This document shows, one piece after another, positions 29,274 to 40,223 of a stretch of 64,000 nt of DNA. Origin of the DNA: Desulfatiglandales bacterium. GTDB taxonomy: Bacteria; Desulfobacterota; DSM-4660; Desulfatiglandales; HGW-15. The stretch is from contig CAXXJJ010000004.1 in the NCBI GenBank assembly GCA_963667015.2, positions 1,152,001 to 1,216,000 on the forward strand, in the 5' to 3' direction. Within the stretch, counting starts at the first letter, position 1. Each line of letters opens with the position of its first letter. The notes under the pieces are model-generated. The model did no database searches, had not been told where the DNA came from, and worked only from the letters and a program-made list of their open reading frames with translations. The position numbers and the translations under genes were made by a program.

Positions 29274-29441
29274 ACCACCAAGAGCGTAGAGAACACGGAG
29301 AAAAACAAAAGCCTAAAAATATATCTCTCGCAGAGCCCGCAGAGAACACAGAGAACACAGAGAAAGACATAAGCAAAAAAACGATTTATTGTTTAAGACA
29401 TAAAAGGTTTTTCTTCTTGTCCTTCGTGGCTTTTGTGGTTG
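29274..29441. repeat. Intergenic short repeats of the (CACAGAGAA)n type
   Basis: GCAGAGAACACAGAGAACACAGAGAA at ~29338-29363, a degenerate copy at ~29286-29302 and a degenerate inverted counterpart at ~29415-29441. Confidence 0.5.
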
Positions 29442-29493
29442 TGATAACGATCTATCTTATACGTCTTGTCTGATCTGGAAATTTCCCAAAATG

Positions 29494-29530
29494 AAAAGGC
29501 TGTATTCGGTTATGCCGGATACAGCCTTTT
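29494..29530. terminator. Bidirectional intrinsic terminator (groEL / lgt)
   Basis: AAAAGGCTGTATTCGG-loop-CCGGATACAGCCTTTT. Confidence 0.85.
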
Positions 29531-29557
29531 TATTTATAGTTCTAGACAGAGGACGTA

Positions 29558-31210
<1,653 letters not shown>

Positions 31211-31234
31211 TTATCTCCTCCTGTATTTTTTTGC

Positions 31235-31522
31235 TTATTCCACGATAGCAATGATGTCGTCTTCGCGCATGATCAGGTGCTCTTCACCTTCGATTTTTAT
31301 TTCGGTACCGGCATATTTTCCAAAAAGAACCTTGTCGCCTTTTTTGACTTCAAGGGCTTTTACTTCACCGTTATCAAGGTGCTTACCGTTTCCTACGGCA
31401 ACGACTTTTCCCTCTGAGGGTTTTTCTTTTGCAGAATCAGGGATTATGATACCACCCTTTGTCGTCTCTTCTTCTTCAATCCTTTTTATTATTACTCGAT
31501 CGTGCAATGGTCTAATTTTCAT
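31235..31522 (-). CDS. groS: Co-chaperonin GroES
   Basis: [10 protein letters not shown]...[13 protein letters not shown]. Confidence 0.99.
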   Translation of the reverse strand: MKIRPLHDRVIIKRIEEEETTKGGIIIPDSAKEKPSEGKVVAVGNGKHLDNGEVKALEVKKGDKVLFGKYAGTEIKIEGEEHLIMREDDIIAIVE

Positions 31523-31996
31523 TTTCTAAAATATCCTCCTTAACAAAATTAGTAGATTAAAATAAATTTAAGGAAAAATTCACCTCCTCAATAGTCTTAA
31601 TTTATTTAAAAACGGGTATCTTTTTTATAAAAATGATTCCCGTTTTATATATGCTGAAAATGATAATGAAATATCATTTTTTTATGATAAGAAAAACTGC
31701 ACAAACATAATTCCTAATAATAATTTGTCAAGTAATATGGGAAAAAATATATTTTTTTTCAGTAATTTCCGGTTAAGAGAGGCATATATGTATTCAAATT
31801 TGAGTTTAGACGCTTTTCTTAAAATAAAATCACTTGATTAAATTATATTTGGCCTTGCCCTGAGAGATAATCTCCCTGCCGGTTTCATACCTGATGCCTG
31901 TTTGCTTATTTTATCTATTGAAAAGGATAGATTATTTTAATACTATCATAAGCTTAATTAAATTTTATTTAACAACATTATTGAGTGATATTAAGT

Positions 31997-34321
31997 ATGG
32001 ATAAAGAATATAAAATACCGGCGAGCATTCTTGATCTTATAGGTAATACTCCTCTGGTTCCTGTTAACAAATTAAACCCGAATAAAAATGTCAAAATACT
32101 GGCAAAACTGGAATTATTTAACCCGGGTGGATCCATCAAGGTCAGGCCTGCGCTTCAAATGATCGAAGACGCCGAAAAAAGCGGTGAACTTACCAAAAAC
32201 AAGACAATCCTGGAGGCTACAAGCGGCAATACAGGCATCGGGCTTGCAACAGTGGCCGCCGTAAAAGGCTACCGGATTATGCTCGTTATGTCGGAATCCG
32301 TGAGTGACGAAAGAAAGAAAACACTTCGTGCACTGGGGGCTGAGCTGAAATTTACTCCCGCTCATCTGTCAACTGATGGAGCCATCGAGCTTGTCTATGA
32401 ATTGATCAGAAATGAACCCGAAAACTTCTGGCTTGCCGACCAGTTTAACAACGAATCAAACTGGAAGTCCCATTATAATACTACTGCCCCGGAAATATGG
32501 GAGCAGACAAACGGTGAAGTTGATGCCGTAGTCGCAACCCTTGGAACGACCGGAACAGTAATGGGCCTGTCACGCCGGTTAAAGGAACTGAACAGTAATA
32601 TCCAGATAATTGCCATGGAACCCTTTATGGGACATAAGATTCAGGGTTTAAAGAACATGAAGGAATCTTACAATCCCGGGATATATGACAAGAGCAGGAT
32701 AGATCGAACAATACAGATTGATGATGAAGAGGCATATCAGACAGCAAGGCTTATGGCTAAAAAAGAGGGAATCTTTTGCGGTATGAGTTCAGGCGCTGCA
32801 ATGGCTGCTGCCATAAAAGTGGCAAAAGAAATGGAAAGCGGAACCATTGTAGTTATCATACCCGATGGAGGCAATTTATACTTAAGCACAACCCTGTTCC
32901 AGGATATAAAAAAAACAGGACTGCTCTTCTATAATACTTTAACGAGAAAAAAAGAAGAATTCGTTTCTATTGAGAAAAACAGGGTAAAGATATATGCCTG
33001 CGGCCCTACCCTCTCACAGCCCATACATATTGGTCAGTGCAGACGCTTTGTTTTCTCAGACCTGTTAAGGCGCTACCTTGAATCAAAGGGATTTGAAGTT
33101 ACATATATAATGAATGTGACTGATCTTGATGACCGGACAATTCAGGGCGCTGAAAAGGCAGGAAAACCGCTTAAGGAATTCACAGGGCAATATTATGACG
33201 AATTTTTAGAGGATCTGGACAGCCTGAGGGTAAAAAGGGCCGCGGAATATCCGAAGGCCTCCGAACATATTGATGAAATGATTGATCTGGCAGGAAAACT
33301 GCTTGATAAGGGATATGCATATGAAAAATTCAGATCATTATATTTTGATATTGGAAGGTTCAGGGATTACGGAAAACTGAGCCGTATAGACCTTAACAAG
33401 ATCAAATTGGGCAAAACAGTTGACCTTGAACAGTATGAAAAGGACAATCCAAGAGACTTTACACTCTTAAAAAGGTCAACTCTTGATGAGCTTAAAAAGG
33501 GAATATATTACCAGACAAAGTGGGGAAATATCAGGCCGAGCTGGCACCTTGAATGCCCTGCAATGTCCATAAAATACCTTGGTGACAGTTATGACATTCA
33601 TACCAGCGGTATTGATCTTGTTTTCCCTCACCATGAAAATACCATTGCCATAGGAAAGGCTGTAACGGGTAAATCACCGGCAAATTACTGGCTTCATAAT
33701 GAACTTGTAATGATAGACGGTAAAAAGACTTCTCAGCTGAACGGCCAGGAATATTATATAAAGAGCATTATGGAAAAGGGCTACAGTGGCAGAGAAATAC
33801 GCTACTGGCTCTTATGCAGTCACTACAGGAAACCTGTAAGTTTTTCATTGAAAAAGCTGGATACTGCAAAAAAGACACTCAGTAATCTGGATAAATTTGT
33901 GGCCAGGCTATACAGCTGTCCTGAAAATGAGTCAAATGCCGAGATAGATCAGTTGATATACGACCTTAAAAGTACCTTTACTGATTCAATGGATGATGAT
34001 CTTAACGTAGCCCCAGCCCTTGCAGCGGTGTTCAGGTTCATCAGCCGGATCAATAAAATTATGGACAGCAGTGGGATATCCAGCAGTGATAAAGAAAAGA
34101 TCATTTCCTGCCTTACAGATATCAATTCGGTTATTGCAGTATTTGATCTTGAAGATAAGGTACAGGATAAGGAAACAGCTGAACTTATAAAGAAAAGAGA
34201 AGAGGCACGAAAGGCAAAGGACTGGGAAGCCTCTGATCGTATTCGTGATGAACTCAGAGAGAAGAAAGGAATTGAGATAACGGATACTGCTGACGGAACA
34301 ATCTGGAGAAGGATAGATTAG
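31997..34321 (+). CDS. cysS: Cysteine synthase (CysK/CysM-like)-cysteine--tRNA ligase fusion protein
   Basis: N-half IGNTPLV, KLELFNPGGSIKVR, EATSGNTG, LGTTGT, GMSSGA, PDGG. C-half YACGPT, HIGQ, NVTDLDD, WHLEC, FPHHENT, MDDDLN. Single uninterrupted ORF. Confidence 0.92.
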   Translation: MDKEYKIPASILDLIGNTPLVPVNKLNPNKNVKILAKLELFNPGGSIKVRPALQMIEDAEKSGELTKNKTILEATSGNTGIGLATVAAVKGYRIMLVMSESVSDERKKTLRALGAELKFTPAHLSTDGAIELVYELIRNEPENFWLADQFNNESNWKSHYNTTAPEIWEQTNGEVDAVVATLGTTGTVMGLSRRLKELNSNIQIIAMEPFMGHKIQGLKNMKESYNPGIYDKSRIDRTIQIDDEEAYQTARLMAKKEGIFCGMSSGAAMAAAIKVAKEMESGTIVVIIPDGGNLYLSTTLFQDIKKTGLLFYNTLTRKKEEFVSIEKNRVKIYACGPTLSQPIHIGQCRRFVFSDLLRRYLESKGFEVTYIMNVTDLDDRTIQGAEKAGKPLKEFTGQYYDEFLEDLDSLRVKRAAEYPKASEHIDEMIDLAGKLLDKGYAYEKFRSLYFDIGRFRDYGKLSRIDLNKIKLGKTVDLEQYEKDNPRDFTLLKRSTLDELKKGIYYQTKWGNIRPSWHLECPAMSIKYLGDSYDIHTSGIDLVFPHHENTIAIGKAVTGKSPANYWLHNELVMIDGKKTSQLNGQEYYIKSIMEKGYSGREIRYWLLCSHYRKPVSFSLKKLDTAKKTLSNLDKFVARLYSCPENESNAEIDQLIYDLKSTFTDSMDDDLNVAPALAAVFRFISRINKIMDSSGISSSDKEKIISCLTDINSVIAVFDLEDKVQDKETAELIKKREEARKAKDWEASDRIRDELREKKGIEITDTADGTIWRRID

Positions 34322-34345
34322 CGTTCAGCGTTCAGCTATCAGCAT

Positions 34346-34376
34346 AAAAAAAACCCGTCTTAAAGACGGTTTTTTT
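34346..34376. terminator. Bidirectional intrinsic terminator
   Basis: A8-CCCGTCT-loop-AGACGG-T7 between convergent genes. Confidence 0.8.
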
Positions 34377-34387
34377 ATTTAACCGAT

Positions 34388-36166
34388 CTATTCTGTAAAT
34401 CCGGGAGCAAGCCCCTCATCCGTTTCTTCATCAAACCCGGAGCCCTCTTCTTCAAAGCCTGATGACTCCCCTTCAAACCCTGTGACATCACTCTCGAAAC
34501 CCGGAGCGTTGCCCTCAAAACCAGGCGCGCTGCTTTCAAAGCCCGGAGCATCGCTTCCAAATCCCTGTGATGACTCACCCGGATAGCCAGCCCCGCCGGC
34601 CGGTTCTTTTTTTCCTTTATGAGCAAGAGAAATATTCAAACCCTCTGATTTTCCCTGCTCCATGAATGAACCCTCGTTCAGCCTCAATGCCCCCATAGGA
34701 GTAACAAAAATAGCGGACTGGTTCTGTACAGGACAGTGATGTTCGCAAAATCCGCACCCTGAACATCGCTCCTCCATTACCTCCGGAACAGGTACCGGGT
34801 TTCCGGGTTCATCCCTGAACTTTATCGCGCTGTAGGGACAGACCTCATCACATACCATACATCGTTTCTGATGCTCCCAGGCAAGGCATCTTTCACGCAT
34901 GACCCTGGCCGTACCTGCCTTCGCCCATCTCCTGTCGGATATTTCAAGAGGCCTGATAGCGCCTGTAGGACATACAGTTCCGCAGTTATTGCAGTCAGGA
35001 CTGCATGCGCCCCTCTTCGGAACAAGACTCGGGCTGAACAGGCCTTCGTTTCCCGCCTCAAACCATATGGGCTGCAGGGCATTATTCGGACATGAAGCCA
35101 TACATTCACCGCACCTGACACACAAGGCCAGAAAGTTATCTTCAGGCCTTGACCCGGGTGGTCTGACGAGCCCCTTTGGCGAGACACGCCCTACTCCCGG
35201 TTTTCCATATAAAGAATAAAGACCGGATAGATTTACAGAGGCAAAGATTGCACCCGACACGCCAGAATACAGCAGCGTACGCCTTTCCGGGATAAAATCG
35301 TGAACATTTCTTCTTTCAGTCCCTTTAACACCAAAGCTTACAGCACTCTCAGGACATACGTTTTTGCATGTCAGACATCCTATGCATTCTGCAAATGATG
35401 TATTTCCCGGGGAATCCTTTTCAATGGCCCCCATTGGGCATGACCTTACGCATTTCCCGCATTTTGTACATGCATCGGATACAATCCTTTTTACAAGAGA
35501 TCTGCGTGAAAAAATCGCAAGGATGGCGCCGGAAGGACACAGATAGCGGCACCAGAATCTGGAGTTTATCTTACCGGCTGCAAATATCCCGATAAAAAAT
35601 AACAGAACAAAAAACAGGGCCGAATATCTCGGGGCGGATATGTCCGCATACATTAATCCATACATCTCAAGATGTTCTGCAATGGGCTGCAACAGGGCCA
35701 GTCCTATCTGACTTAAAAGAGAGAGCACCGGATAGATAAGCAATGCATAAAACCTTGTAATGAGGGATAAGGGAGAACCAATAAATACCGCCGAAACGCC
35801 AAGTATCCCGGCCCCGATAATAAAAAAGAGTATGAAATATTTAAGCCTGTACAGGTTTTCTCTGCCCTTTCCTCTTTTCTTTTTAAGATTGAGGAGCCGA
35901 TCGCTGCAGTCGATTGTAATTCCCATCGGGCAGATATAACCGCAGAATATCCTGCCAAACAGGATCGTTATAAGGATTACAAACAGGGCAGGAATAAAGG
36001 TTAAGATAAAGATCCTTCCGCTTAAGGCTGAACCTAGTACAAGTATCGGGTCCATTCTCAGATATAGATCAGGTGCAACAAGATCAATTCCTGAAAAGAC
36101 CGCGCTTGTCAACAGGAACAGAAAGGCCAGCAGGCTGAGAAACTGTATTACAGGACGAAATCTCAT
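34388..36166 (-). CDS. Membrane 4Fe-4S polyferredoxin (NapH/MauN-like fused to NapG/MauM-like)
   Basis: TM helices, GRIFCGYICPMG, RFWCRYLCPSG, multiple CxxCxxCxxxCP motifs, VRPPGS; acidic repeat tail. Confidence 0.88.
   Translation of the reverse strand: MRFRPVIQFLSLLAFLFLLTSAVFSGIDLVAPDLYLRMDPILVLGSALSGRIFILTFIPALFVILITILFGRIFCGYICPMGITIDCSDRLLNLKKKRGKGRENLYRLKYFILFFIIGAGILGVSAVFIGSPLSLITRFYALLIYPVLSLLSQIGLALLQPIAEHLEMYGLMYADISAPRYSALFFVLLFFIGIFAAGKINSRFWCRYLCPSGAILAIFSRRSLVKRIVSDACTKCGKCVRSCPMGAIEKDSPGNTSFAECIGCLTCKNVCPESAVSFGVKGTERRNVHDFIPERRTLLYSGVSGAIFASVNLSGLYSLYGKPGVGRVSPKGLVRPPGSRPEDNFLALCVRCGECMASCPNNALQPIWFEAGNEGLFSPSLVPKRGACSPDCNNCGTVCPTGAIRPLEISDRRWAKAGTARVMRERCLAWEHQKRCMVCDEVCPYSAIKFRDEPGNPVPVPEVMEERCSGCGFCEHHCPVQNQSAIFVTPMGALRLNEGSFMEQGKSEGLNISLAHKGKKEPAGGAGYPGESSQGFGSDAPGFESSAPGFEGNAPGFESDVTGFEGESSGFEEEGSGFDEETDEGLAPGFTE
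34391..34564 (-). repeat. Coding 21-bp degenerate tandem repeat (GFxxxxx heptads)
   Basis: GFGSDAP GFESSAP GFEGNAP GFESDVT GFEGESS GFEEEGS GFDEETD...GFTE. Confidence 0.85.
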
Positions 36167-36249
36167 ATTTATCCTTTAAATAAAGGTTAGCCAATCAGTG
36201 CCCATCGTTTTAACGGGCACTGATCAGAAATGAATAAGATCGGCAGAGA

Positions 36250-37215
36250 TCAGACTTGAATTTCCTTAATGGAAAGTTTCTCTAAATCCATCCTTCCCAG
36301 GCCCCTTTCGTGGGCTTCACGAATATACTGCACCTGGGCAGGTCTATATTTTTTCCCATACCATTTAAATCTTGAAACAGCAAAGGCATCAGCAGCAACC
36401 ATATCAGCAGAAGCGATCACTGTATCTTCCTTAAGTACCTTTCCTGGCCCCCTTGGGCCATTTGTTGAAAGTACCCTCGTTCCGTCGATAACCGCCAGGT
36501 CGGCTTTAAGCACTGAACACATATCTACTATTGATGAAGACAGCTCTTTTGTATGCATTCCTGCCCTGTCCCATACAAGCCCCATCATCCCTTTCATTGA
36601 AAGACTCACACCCGTAGCCGTATGTGATTTTGCAACCGGAACAGATATAAGCGTATCCGCCTTTAACGCCTCCTGAAATACACCATTCCGGCTCATCTTT
36701 TTGGCGCCCGAAAACTCGGTATCCTTATAAAACCTTTCATTTGAGGCGCCGATAACCTTTGTATTTTCAAGCCCCTCACAGATATCGAGGATTCCGGAAC
36801 GTTTGAGGCAAACATCTGCCTTGAAAAGCGGATAATCTGCTATTATTACGTTTGCAGCACCGGCCTCATTACACATCAATACTATCTCTTTTACGACATC
36901 CGGATGCGTGGTTGTGGCCATAGCCGGAGGATTAGGAAAGCTCATATTGGGCTTTACAAGAACTTTACTGCCCTTTTTTACAAACTTCTTCATACCGCCC
37001 AGAAGTTCAACAGCGGCCCTTGTTGCCTTTGCAGCATCACCTTTCACGACTGCTATATCGGGGACAGGCTCTGCAATACTCTTTTCAGATATTAAAATAC
37101 CCGAAGAACCTGCTGCCAGGAATAGCAGTCCTTTCATCTGAAATTTAAGAAATTTTCTTCGACTGAAATTCTCATCTATCAGTTTGTTCATTTTATTATA
37201 ATAATCTACGGACAT
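36250..37215 (-). CDS. DUF362 domain-containing protein (possible Tat-like signal)
   Basis: SRRKFLK, LLGGMKKFVKKGSKVLVKPN, TTHPDVV, VPVAKSH, SLSMKGMMG, DMVAADA. Confidence 0.88.
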   Translation of the reverse strand: MSVDYYNKMNKLIDENFSRRKFLKFQMKGLLFLAAGSSGILISEKSIAEPVPDIAVVKGDAAKATRAAVELLGGMKKFVKKGSKVLVKPNMSFPNPPAMATTTHPDVVKEIVLMCNEAGAANVIIADYPLFKADVCLKRSGILDICEGLENTKVIGASNERFYKDTEFSGAKKMSRNGVFQEALKADTLISVPVAKSHTATGVSLSMKGMMGLVWDRAGMHTKELSSSIVDMCSVLKADLAVIDGTRVLSTNGPRGPGKVLKEDTVIASADMVAADAFAVSRFKWYGKKYRPAQVQYIREAHERGLGRMDLEKLSIKEIQV

Positions 37216-37305
37216 TGCTACCTCCTGTGATTATAAATCAACATGCTTCACAGTTTAACAACCAATATTTTTTTTTCAACCAATTTTTAGATTATATTGA
37301 TCAGA

Positions 37306-38475
37306 TTATATTGAATTAAAGACCGTTTCCAACCTGCTCAGTGCCTGACTGAGAATATCTCTCGGGCAGGCAAGGTTTATTCTCTGAAACCCTTCACCTC
37401 CTGTCCCGAATTGCGGCCCGTTATCAAGCCATATCTTCGCTTTTTTGAAGAGGAGTTCATCAATTTCCTTATCCGATATACCGAATTCATTAAAATCCAG
37501 CCATGCCAGATATGTCCCTTCCAGATTTGTTACGTTTATTTTGGGTAAATTTTCTTCAATATAATTTTTAAGATAATTAAAATTTTCCTGAATATATAAA
37601 AGCAGACTATTAAGCCAGCCTTCGCAGTAACGATATGCAGCTTCTGTGGCAGTAAGTCCGAATATATTCGGCAAGGCAATAGAGAAACGGTTTACAGTCT
37701 TCTGGAAGGCATCCCTTAATGCAGGCTCCCTGATAATAACATTTGAACATGACAGGCCGGCAAGATTAAAGGTTTTACTGGCAGCAGTAAGTGTTACGAT
37801 ACCGTTGCCTGCCAGGGGAGATATTTCTGCCATCACATTATGTTTGTATCCCGGCATTATCAGGTCGGAATGAATCTCATCCGAAATTATTAATGTATCA
37901 TATTTATCACATAAATCGACAAGCTGCTGAAGTTCTTCACGCCTCCATACACGTCCAACCGGATTATGCGGGCTGCAGAGAACCAGCATTTGAACACCTT
38001 TTTTAAGAACTTGTTCCAGGTTGGCAAAATCCATTCTGTAACAATTGTCCTGATGAATAAGCCTGTTTTCAACGACAACCCTGTTATTGGATTCAATAAT
38101 CTTTTTAAACGGGTGGTATACCGGTGGCTGAATAACAATCTTATCACCCGGATTTGTATATGTGTTAACTGCAATGCTCAGGGCAGGCACTACTCCCGGA
38201 GTAGTTATTATCCACTCTTTTTCAATCTCCCAGTTATGTCTTTTTTTCATCCAGTCCAGGACTGCCTGCTTGTATGAATCAGAGGGGAATGTATATCCGA
38301 ATATGCCGTGCTCTGCCCTCCTCACGAGTGCATCAATAACCTCGACAGGCGACTTAAAATCCATATCAGCAACCCACATGGGTATAATGTCATTGCCGCC
38401 CTTTGTTTCCCTTAAATCCCATTTAACGGAACTGCTATTTTCACGAGTGTTTGTTTTGCCAAAGTTATATTCCAT
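37306..38475 (-). CDS. patB: PLP-dependent MalY/PatB family C-S lyase (cystathionine beta-lyase-like)
   Basis: SVKWD, PMWVADMDF, CSPHNPVGRVW, ISDEIHSD, ASKTFNLAGL, EGTYLAWLD, RINLACPR. Start could be 38526. Confidence 0.88.
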   Translation of the reverse strand: MEYNFGKTNTRENSSSVKWDLRETKGGNDIIPMWVADMDFKSPVEVIDALVRRAEHGIFGYTFPSDSYKQAVLDWMKKRHNWEIEKEWIITTPGVVPALSIAVNTYTNPGDKIVIQPPVYHPFKKIIESNNRVVVENRLIHQDNCYRMDFANLEQVLKKGVQMLVLCSPHNPVGRVWRREELQQLVDLCDKYDTLIISDEIHSDLIMPGYKHNVMAEISPLAGNGIVTLTAASKTFNLAGLSCSNVIIREPALRDAFQKTVNRFSIALPNIFGLTATEAAYRYCEGWLNSLLLYIQENFNYLKNYIEENLPKINVTNLEGTYLAWLDFNEFGISDKEIDELLFKKAKIWLDNGPQFGTGGEGFQRINLACPRDILSQALSRLETVFNSI

Positions 38476-38532
38476 AGTAATAACCCTACCCCAAATCCCA
38501 TTCCCATTCTCATAATAGGTTATCATGAAACT

Positions 38533-40074
38533 TTATTTATAATTTCTGGGACTGATGGCGTATTTTTTTACCTTATATCCGAATATTCTCTCTGTAGTTT
38601 TAAGGGCCTGAGCTGCCTTTCTCATGTTTCCACGACTGCTTTTAAGGGAATCAATTATCAGATCTCGTTCAAAACGCGCAATCGAATCTTCAAGGGATAA
38701 GGCCTGCTGGGTACCGGTGTCTTCAGCTGTCTGGAGTGTCATAGGCAGGTGATAGCTGTGAATGACCTGGCCGTCACAAAGGAGCACAGCCCTTTCAATA
38801 CAGTTTTCAAGTTCCCTGACATTTCCGGGCCAGTGATAATGGGTTATGGCATCTATTGCAGGGGTCGATATCCGTCTTATTTCTTTGCCATATTCTTCGG
38901 CATATTTTTCAAGGAAGAAATCGGCAAGAAGAAGAATATCAGCTTCCCTCTCTCTCAGGGGTGGAAGATAAATAGGATAAACATTCAGGCGATAAAACAG
39001 ATCCTCCCTGAAGGTGCCGTTTTCAACTGCTTCGGTCAGGTCGATATTAGTAGCGGCAATAATCCGGACATTTACTTTAATTACCTTTGTCCCGCCCAGC
39101 CTTTCCATTTCCCTTTCCTGTATCACACGAAGCAGTTTCCCCTGACTTTCAAGAAGTAGGGAGCCTATCTCATCCAGAAAAATCGTACCATTATTGGCAA
39201 GTTCAAATTTCCCTGCCTTCTGTTGGCTTGCGCCTGTAAAGGCCCCCTTCATATAGCCAAAAAGCTCAGCTTCAACAAGGTTGCCTGGCAATGCGGCGCA
39301 GTTGACCTTGATAAAGGGATTTGAAGTTCTCAGGCTGTTATAATGGATCGCGTTTGCAACAAGCTCCTTTCCGGTTCCGCTTTCTCCTAACAGAAGGACA
39401 TTGGCATTGCTTTTGGCTACCTGGCTTATCAGGTGAAACACTTCCTGCATCTTGTGGCTGTTGCCAATAATGTTGCTGAAACTGTATTTTTTACCCAGTT
39501 CTTTTTTTAATCTTATATTTTCTGTATTGAGAAGTTCTCTTTCTTTGTTGATCTTCTCCAGCATTGCTACTTTCTGTGCTATCAGGCTGCTTATTACTGA
39601 TAATAATCTGACATCCTCATCCGGGGATTCACTTTCCTCAAAGAGCCGGTCAACACTCAATGCCCCTATCACACGGGAACCATCTTTTATCGGCACACAG
39701 AAAAAGGCAATTTTTGATTTATCCGTCTTGCTTCTTGAACCGGTCCTGTCCAGGAAAAGAGGCTCCTCGTTAAGCCTGGGGATTGCCATAGGCCTGCCTG
39801 TTTCAATTACTCTTCCTGTTACACCTTCTCCGAGTTTATACCGTCCCTTTGTCTTTGCACTTGTAGATATCCCGTGGGCAACTTCAATATGTATTTCACT
39901 GGTATGCTGGTTCAGAAGGGAAATAGAGCCACGGTTCATTCCAAGATATTCTTCAAGAAGGTCAAGAACCTTGTACAATGCCTTTCTGAGGTCCAGTGTG
40001 CCATGCATGGCTTTAGTTACTTCATAAAGGCATTTTATTTCGTCTGGCTTCGGATTGTATTTTTTTTCTGCCAT
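38533..40074 (-). CDS. GAF-domain sigma54-dependent transcriptional activator (NifA-like architecture)
   Basis: GAF (GEGVTGRV), AAA+ GESGTGKE, GAFTGA, FLDEIG, WPGNVRELEN, C-terminal HTH. Confidence 0.92.
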   Translation of the reverse strand: MAEKKYNPKPDEIKCLYEVTKAMHGTLDLRKALYKVLDLLEEYLGMNRGSISLLNQHTSEIHIEVAHGISTSAKTKGRYKLGEGVTGRVIETGRPMAIPRLNEEPLFLDRTGSRSKTDKSKIAFFCVPIKDGSRVIGALSVDRLFEESESPDEDVRLLSVISSLIAQKVAMLEKINKERELLNTENIRLKKELGKKYSFSNIIGNSHKMQEVFHLISQVAKSNANVLLLGESGTGKELVANAIHYNSLRTSNPFIKVNCAALPGNLVEAELFGYMKGAFTGASQQKAGKFELANNGTIFLDEIGSLLLESQGKLLRVIQEREMERLGGTKVIKVNVRIIAATNIDLTEAVENGTFREDLFYRLNVYPIYLPPLREREADILLLADFFLEKYAEEYGKEIRRISTPAIDAITHYHWPGNVRELENCIERAVLLCDGQVIHSYHLPMTLQTAEDTGTQQALSLEDSIARFERDLIIDSLKSSRGNMRKAAQALKTTERIFGYKVKKYAISPRNYK

Positions 40075-40223
40075 AGAGTAATCTCGATTCAATTTTGTAG
40101 TTTAATAGTTGATAAAAAAAGCATTAATGTTCTACCAGGGAATACTTCTTACAAAAATGTAGACTAACATGCAATTATTATTTTATGTTTTTTTGGTTTT
40201 TTAATATATTCTTATTAAAATAT

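Noticed and set aside
29274..29441. CRISPR array
   Set aside because: The repeats are 9-nt tandem units without unique spacers, and there are no cas genes in the window.
38533..40074. nifA and a nitrogen-fixation locus
   Set aside because: GAF-AAA-HTH architecture is shared by many sigma54 activators, and no nif genes are nearby.
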